A stretch of 64,000 nt of DNA from Eledone cirrhosa (lineage: Eukaryota): contig OZ024743.1 in the NCBI GenBank assembly GCA_964016885.1, forward strand, positions 368,466,001 through 368,530,000. Reading direction: 5' to 3'. Made by a program: the position numbers and the translations under genes. How positions within the stretch are numbered: position 1 is the stretch's first letter; each line of letters starts with the position of its first letter. Positions 56,021 through 64,000 of the stretch are shown here, in pieces. The notes beneath the pieces were generated by a model. The model was given only the letters and a program-made list of their open reading frames with translations. It was not told where the DNA came from and did not search any database.

Positions 56021-56440
56021 AGGAGGTGAGTTTTATTGTAGTACAATAAAGCAATGCAGATATCGGATAAGAAGCACTCTACAGTTTGTAGGACTGGAGT
56101 ATACATAATATATAAGAACAAAAGATGGTTAAAAGAGTTCCATGTATTTTATTATGCACATTTCAAAAACAAATATCATCATGCAATAATATTTGTGTTT
56201 TCATCAGATAAAACAGGAAGACATGATATGAAGGTTAAAAAACACTTGTGGATAGTGCAGTTTTAAATCAACATACCTGTTGATTTAAAACTGAACTATC
56301 CACAAGTGGTTTTTAACCTTCATATCATGTCTTCCTGTTTAATCTGATGAAAACACATATTATTGCATGATGATATTTGTTTTTGAAATGCGCATAATAA
56401 AATACATGGAACTCTTTTAACCATCTTTTGTTCTTATATA
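56021..56440 (-). mobile_element. H1 element: ~165-bp hairpin with two hammerheads plus ~88-bp tail
   Basis: Arms 56109-56273 and 56278-56440, loop TACC; hammerheads at 56147-56213 (-) and 56338-56402 (+); tail 56021-56108. Confidence 0.8.
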
Positions 56441-56579
56441 TATATATGATATATATATTATATATTATATATATTATATATATATATATATTATATATAT
56501 ATATATATTAAATATATATCATATATATTATATATATATATATTATATATATATGATATATATATATATATATATATAT

Positions 56580-56762
56580 ATTCCACTGCAAAGTGGTCGT
56601 GGAGGTGCCACGGCAAAAAAGCACCCAGCACTCACTGTAAATGAGGTTGGTGTTAGGAAGGGCATCCAGCTGTAGAAATCAAGCCAGAATCAGTTCCCGT
56701 CCCACCCTTGCAAGCAGGGAAAAGTGGACGTAAAATGAGATGATGATGATGATGATGATGAT
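56580..56762 (+). mobile_element. ~180-bp non-autonomous RTE-B 3' UTR derivative
   Basis: Near-identical to 25758-25930; (GAT)n tail. Confidence 0.8.
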
Positions 56763-56845
56763 ATATATATATATATATGATATATATATCATATATATAT
56801 ATATATATACATATATATCACGTATATATATATTATATATATATA

Positions 56846-56885
<40 letters not shown>

Positions 56886-56984
56886 TAATCAATATCATTG
56901 TGTAACATCCATTTTCGCTGCTAGCAAGGATACACATGTGTATGTAGGTGTTTTTCAATATGTGTGTGTGTATGTATATATATA

Positions 56985-57610
56985 TACACTCAGCAAGACC
57001 TTTGTCAGCCGCTCTCCAGATATCTATTTAAGGCTGTATACAGCTATGGTGCGACCACACTTAGAATTTGCATCACCAGTCTGGAACCCCTATCTTGCTC
57101 AGGACATTGACCGCCTGGAAACTGTTCAGAGACGTGCAACCAAGCGAATACCCTCCATCAGGCATCTACCATACTCTGATCGCCTTGCTTCCCTGGGCAT
57201 GGATTCATTGAAGCTCCGACGCCTGGCAACTGACTTGGTAAACACCCACAAAATTGTTAACCATGTTGCCAACAACAACCCTGAGTGCCTTTTCGATTTC
57301 CATGTGTCTAACACACATGGACATGCCCACAAAGTAAGAAAACAGCACAGTTCCCATGACTTTCGGAAACATTTTTTCACGCTCAGAGTTGCTGAAGCAT
57401 GGAACAAACTACCTGCATCAGTTGTTAGCTGTCGAGACACTGCATCCTTTAAGGCCTCCATGCTTCCCGAGATCCGCCAACACTACAGCTAACACATACA
57501 AACATGTACTTCCCTGGCAGTTGTGTATTATTCTATGTACTATATTGACGAGTTGTAGTGCACCTGAGCACTTTACACAATAATTTCATTATTATTATTA
57601 TTATTATTAT
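56985..57610 (+). mobile_element. CR1-type LINE 3' fragment with (ATT)n tail
   Basis: LYTAMVRPHLEFASPVWNPY...FFTLRVAEAWNKLP; (ATT)n at ~57588-57610. Confidence 0.88.
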
Positions 57611-60600
57611 ATGCATGTGAATTTATCCGCATATATATACGTGTGTTTGTGTGTGTCTGGCTGTCTGTATATGTGGATGCATATATGGTTCTTTCTGCTT
57701 TTAATTATTTGAATGCTTCATATAAAGAAAGAATTTGTTTCTAATATAGAAATAAATCTCCATTTTGTAATTTAGAGAGTAACAGTAAGGAATTATTTAT
57801 TAAATTTTAGACTAGTCTTACATTTGTTCACTGTTCTACTTATAGATTGATTTGTAGACTGCGTGCTAGCAGATCATTTTCGTTCCTTGAAACTCCAGCT
57901 TTTCAATATTTATACTAAGGCACTTAGTAATGTAATCAGGTACACTAATGATTATGGGTAAAAATGTGAATTTACAATTTGGATAAAGGAGCTAAAGAGT
58001 CCAAAAGGTTCTCTTTCTCATTGATTTTGAAAGAAATGTTTACATATCTTGGGCAGCATATGTGTATGTATTATGTACTAGCATGGAGGGGGTTGTTTTC
58101 TCCAATTTATTTGTCTATATATTCGAATTATAGTTTCTTTTTAATACTTGGGGGACTTTCCTCAACCATGAAGTAGGTGTAAAAGCTATTTTCAGTCAAG
58201 TTGACTGTGGCAAGTAAAGTTAATTACCATCTTAAAACACAAAGCAATGCAACTTTAATACAATTCATGTGAGCTAGTCTCATAATCTCACAACCATTGG
58301 TCTGATTATTTATTAATGTATTTTAATTTACATCACATTTTGGGAACAATAGCATCATAGTTTACAGGTTTTCAATGAGCCAATTGTTGTTTGGTGAGTA
58401 TGACAAGGGGTTGTGTGTGCAACTCAGAACAAATATCACACAACAGAGTTTGTTGAAAAAATAGTTTATCATTTTTCTCACTGATATCAACATCTTTCTA
58501 AAATATACGACCGAAAGATACACACATACATAGAAACACACATATATTATATAAGAATGGTTTTATGAAGGGGCTCAGAAAGAAACCACAGTTAAATAAG
58601 GTACTCAAAACATTAATAGAAATGACTTCTACAGTTCTAGTCATGTAGAAGTCATTTACACACACTCACACACAAATATATATATATATATATATAGAGG
58701 GGGGGGGGGATTGGCAGAGTTATGAGAATGCCAGATAGAATGCTTTGCCTTTCATTCATTCGAGGTTCCCAAAAGAAAGTACCAGTCTAGTACTAGGGTT
58801 GATTCTTCCTCTATATCTCTTTCACATTTCCATTCTCTTACTCTCTATCCTTCTCTGGAAGAAATCTCTGCTGTATTCAAACCTGGATAGATGTTCTAGA
58901 ATTGCCATGTCAATATGGTACCCCTACGACTCTCTTTAGTTACAGGACCATACATAGTCATGTGCATGACGGTCATAAAATTTTGGTAAAGAACCAGCTA
59001 TAATAGACACATAACTAGAATTCCTTGCATTAAGATTGAACTCAGAAATATGTGGTTGCCAAATGAACTTCTTAACTACACAAACTGTATGTCCCTTTGT
59101 ATACTATAATTGAATGTAATGGGTAATGTTAAGTGTTTGGCGGCTATAGAGATGTTTAGTTGTTTGTGAAGAGTGTAGGTAATTGTTGGTGGGTTTTAGG
59201 GGAGTATGATAGTAGATGTTTTAGGATAGTTGGATTGTGCAGATGTTTGGTGATTGTGTTGTAAACAGATCAACAAAGTGTTCAATAATAAGTCAATTAA
59301 GAAAGACTTTAGATAATGATATGAAAGCAAGAAAAGAAATTATTAAGGATAAGTGTGAGCGAAGAATGGTCGTCATGCAGTGGTTCTAAATTGTCTATAA
59401 ATATAATTCTTTGATATTTTTTATTGTTGTTTTGACCCAAGTGAGCTTTAATCAAATAGACCCACGATCAAAAATATTCCAGCCTGTAACCAGCCTGTGT
59501 TATTTTCACATATATTGTTTCTAAGATTATATTATTCAATATGTTCTTCCTGTTTTTTATTGTTTTGTTTGTTTTTAAGTTGACAGGGTATGGCTTATGG
59601 AATACTTGGTTATTTCTAGCAAGATGAGTGATTACATAGAGACATTCTTTTTGGTTTGCATAATTTTCCTGTTGTAGTTTGGTGATTGTAATATACTTAG
59701 ATAAGCATGTTATCATATTTACTAGGGAAAGGGAACTGAAGGTTTCACATTCATTCATTTCCTCAAGAACAGTAATGCAATTGTAATAAAGCAGGGTGAT
59801 TTGGTAATTTAAACTGGTATCTTTGCAGAATAAAAGTTAAAGCCTACTATGGCAGTAACTGAACGTAGTATATAAAAATATAAAAATGAATACTACAAAG
59901 TCTTATGTTCTGTTGTATTTTCTCTGCGGCTATACAGCATGCATTTTTGGCTGAGATTTATGGGGCAGTGTTGTTTGAAAGTTTATGTTACTTAGCAGAG
60001 CAAGACAGAAATATATTCTAAAAGATGATTAATTGTTTGATTCAGACAGTTAAACCTTCTTACTTGTAATATCATCATAATCTGGCTGACAAATAATGTC
60101 TGTTTTTGCTCATTGGGGACTTAACTGCAGGTTTATGAAAATCTGATAGGAGTTAACTGATACTAACAGACTACCCTGAATAAGTCAGTCTGTGAAGTGG
60201 CTATAAATGGACCAGAATTATTGTTAATAAAGCTGTATTTGGTTTGATAAAACATTATTTGATTTCTCTTGAAGCATTATCATTTATTTAAGAAATGTGA
60301 TTGTTTTCCAATATATTTATAACAATCTTGTGTCTGTTGCACTGTGCTACAGGTATTCATTCTATATAATATGCACTCTATACAGTACATTTCATACTAG
60401 TAAATGCCATATTCATGCATATGAAATAAGAACTCATAATTAAGTTAAAAACATTCTTTTGAAAGTACTATTGAACAAATATATTTTTTTCTTTTTTACA
60501 TGTTTCTTTTTACTGTTTAGTCAGGGAAGGAAGGTTAGTGCCCATGACTCTTGTCTGGGTCTCTACGACTGGTGAAAAGGAAGAAAGAAGTTATATTTAA

Positions 60601-63159
60601 ACTGGAGATGTGACCCAAATACTTGCAACACAGTAGATTATGTTAAAGGAATCCAAGGGCCAGGTGGTAGTGTTAAACTGGGCTATGGATTAAGCCTACC
60701 ATCCAAGTTGGCCATATTGTGATTTGAACTTGAAAAACAAAGAGCGAGAACAATCTCAGTAAATGCTTTAACAATTCAGCCAATTCACTCTGAGCTAGTA
60801 CTTTATTTTATCAACCCAAAAAGGATGAAAAGCAAAGTTGACCTTGGTGGGATTTCAACTTAAGAGTTGGAGCAAACGTGCCATCTATCTCTGCCATTTA
60901 AAAATGAGTAGAAACCTGTGTGCTCAGAGGTAACCCACACATCTAAATATTGGGAAAATGTCAATATCCACAGGAATATTTTAAGTTTGGTTTTATTGCT
61001 TCAACTACTAATGAGACAATACCTATGTGCATATTATGTGAAAATGAAATTTGAAATGATGCAATGAAACTTTTAAAGATAAAAGACTGCCTTGAGATAA
61101 CGTATTCAGATAAGATGAACAAAGATTTTCAATTTTATAAGAGATTGAATGAATGGTTTTGAAAACATCTAACCGTAATGTCTTTTCATAAGTCACCATC
61201 TCATGCTGATATTTAAAGTGGGGAATGAAGGTCTCTTACTATATATCCTTTAACATAACAAAATAGGAATGCCATATGATTGAGCGTGTAATATACCAAC
61301 AGTAAAGGAAGATATAGAAACAAGGATGAAGAAAAACTCTGAACCTATTAAGTTTATTTCAAAGTAACACTATAGTGAAATGTTTTGATTACACCATAAT
61401 ATTAAAAAAATAATAAATTCAGAACTTTAATCGTGTAAGTTTTCTATGCAGCTGGACAAATCAGGATTTAAAGGTTCTAATATTCTCATTGCTTATTTGA
61501 ATCCATATAAAAATGCTTTATTGATGAATTTCTATTTGCAAAATAACTTAAATTTGAAATGATTTTCTTTTTGGACTAGTATGTGAGAAATAATACTCAT
61601 TCCTTTTAACATCACAATAGCTGCTTCTATTGCACCCAAGTTCTAGGTAATAGTGTTAAACTGAATGACATTATATCTACCTCATAAGTGGGCCACAGCA
61701 TGATTGGAACTCAGAATGCAAAGTGTCAAAATTCTCTAGTACAAAGTAATATAGTGTGCAGTCTTTCACTAGAAATATAGTAATGAACGGATCATGTATT
61801 ATTCATTGATACTGATTATTATGAGGGTAAGTTGTACCTCTCCACTGTACTTGCTTTACAGCAATGTAGACACAACTATTGTGTGTTTTGTGGCAGGGGG
61901 ATCAAAAACCATGTGTTATATGATAAAGTAAGGATCAACTGCCCAGCTGTAAACCAATCAACAATCTAAAATGTTGAAACTATATACTATTGCTATACCC
62001 AACCTGGGATCCATGAGCTAAGTTCAAAATTTCAAGTACTTTGTGAAAAAACATAATATACACACATTATTGGATATCCATTCTTTAAGTATAAAAAGTT
62101 TTCTCATGGGAAAATTCATTTATATAAAAGGGATCTTTGGTAGTGAAAATTTGGGACCACTGCTCTATATTGTTTGTGATTTTAGCAATTACCTGGTTGT
62201 AAAAAGAAAATACACTTTAGACCTATCAAATAAAATTCATTAAAACATTAATAATGTGTAAAATTAATATTATATAAATGAAATTAATATTATATGAATA
62301 AAAAATATATATTAATATTTTATGACAGAATATCGTTTACTCATTTCAATACCAGTCTGCCCCAAACTTCCCATATTAAAGTGTTTATAATTTAATTAAA
62401 ATCTGAGCAAAAATCTCATTAAAAATCAATGTTAACATGGGTGTTTTTTTTAATGTAAGACCTTTTATTAAATTGTATTACTAGCATGGGCTTAATATAC
62501 AAATAAATAAATAAATAAATAAATAAATAAACAAAAAGTTAGTGTTAGAGTTGTTTTACAAACTTTCCTCCAAATTCTTGATTATCTTTAAAATTAATTG
62601 AAACTCATAGGCACCGTATACTTGTCAGAAATATTTTAGACAAGCTCTTGTCTAAAGATTTTGAGCCTTCCCCATCCTCAAACTGTCTTTAACAAAATAT
62701 TGATTAGATATAGATAGATAGATAGATAATTTGCTATCTTATTTGACTAGCGATGATAATATGATATAAAAATATATGTACAAATGAAAAGGAAATTATA
62801 TTATCAAAACAGCAAAGTTATTCCAGAACATTGCATTTAAAAGGAAAAACAGGAAATAACATTGAATCAGGGGAATAACTTTGAATAGTATAAGATATAA
62901 AGTAAAATAGATTTTTAAAAATATTTTTTAATTACAAAATAACGATTGAAAAATATGTTTTCCTAACCAAATGAATAAAACATAAAATAATTCTCATATT
63001 TTGTCACATTTATGGAGCAATTCATCTGCAAATTTACTTTTTGATATATCTGTTAATTAATTAATGAATCACATACTGCTATATTGATAACAGTCTTGGG
63101 TCTAATGATATTACTAATATTTCCTTGAAATTGTAACTATGTGTTAGTCAGTCTCTTCT

Positions 63160-63525
63160 TCATACCGTGAGCAAAGAAAATCCAACTTTTTTATGGTCTA
63201 GAGCCTGCATTAGGTGAAAACTTCATTTTTTCAGCTTTTTAGGGCTTTTTTGAGGCGTTACATCTAGCCGATTTTCCCGAAATTTCAAGGCATATTATGC
63301 ACATAAAAAAAATTCCTTTTCTTGATCCCCTAGGGCCCTCATTAGGTGAAAACCTGCATTTTTCCTGCTTCATCGAGGAAAATCTTAAAGATTATCCAGC
63401 CATCAGAGTATTCGGTTTATTTTCTTTACATATTGTCCATGCATGCAGTTTTTCCACGATTAGGTCTGTTGGCAGCCCGCGTTCCAAAATACCTTATCCT
63501 GTGCAACGCCGGGTACCACTGCTAG
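63160..63525 (+). mobile_element. Helitron-type element 3' end (5' boundary uncertain)
   Basis: ATCCTGTGCAACGCCGGGT hairpin then CTAG|T, as at 29727-29755; internal repeat CATTAGGTGAAAAC. Confidence 0.55.
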
Positions 63526-64000
63526 TATATATATATATTTCTCTGTGTATATAATGCATCACTTTGATTGGTCAGTCAATCCACACAGATGCTTCTTTGA
63601 AACTATATTGTTTTTCTCCTTTATTTATTTTAGTAAAAGAAAAAATATGGAGACAGAAGACATCACAAGTGTTTTTTATATTCTTTTCTAAGTTACAGTT
63701 TTTAGCTTGCCAACTCCTAGAGTAGAGAGAGTCAGAGCAACAGATCAATGACAACTATGTCACAGTTTCTCTCATTTTTCTCCCCATTCCTATGGTAGAG
63801 CAAAATTTCAACAGAATATGGAAATTGAAGGCATCAAAAATCATGCACCTTTAAACCACACATGTACACTTGAAAAGTTTTGTTTCTTTTCAATGAAGCA
63901 TAAACGCATTTGAAATTTTGTTTCTTTTGAAAGTAGAGTCAGTATCCACCTTCTTCATTTAATGTGGGAGGAAGAAAAATCAGCAGAAGGGTAGAATTTG

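Noticed and set aside
58620-58657. 14-bp-arm hairpin AAATGACTTCTACA...TGTAGAAGTCATTT
   Set aside because: Short, single, with no ribozyme core or identifiable element context
63560-64000. Possible exon or decayed transposase at the window end
   Set aside because: Only a 60-aa ORF with no recognisable motif, with stops nearby

Overview
This is AT-rich, repeat-dominated eukaryotic (animal) DNA. The repeat landscape suggests a cephalopod or other mollusc, which is an inference. No host protein-coding gene could be supported. Two dense clusters (about 1-28.5 kb and 43.4-57.6 kb) consist of retroelements separated by long (TA)n-based microsatellites. They hold several full-length or truncated RTE-clade LINEs with APE endonuclease, RT, an in-frame PHD-type finger and (GAT)n tails, one with an apparently intact 1078-aa ORF. 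They also hold CR1-type LINE fragments and tRNA-derived SINEs. Elsewhere lie a decayed DD37D/maT-like transposon, a 70-bp mariner-type MITE and two Helitron-type 3' ends. The most notable signal is not in the ORF track: several unrelated, non-coding, Penelope-style elements sit in the TA tracts and carry minimal type I hammerhead ribozymes. One is a 591-bp tandem repeat (26849-28306) with three hammerheads that show a compensatory U3:A8 core and a large branched stem II, making it a retrozyme/circRNA candidate. Two further hammerhead families occur in inverted pseudo-LTR-like hairpins. A fourth hairpin element with the same architecture carries a tRNA-like module instead of a hammerhead. The many Tyr/Ile-rich ORFs are microsatellite artefacts.
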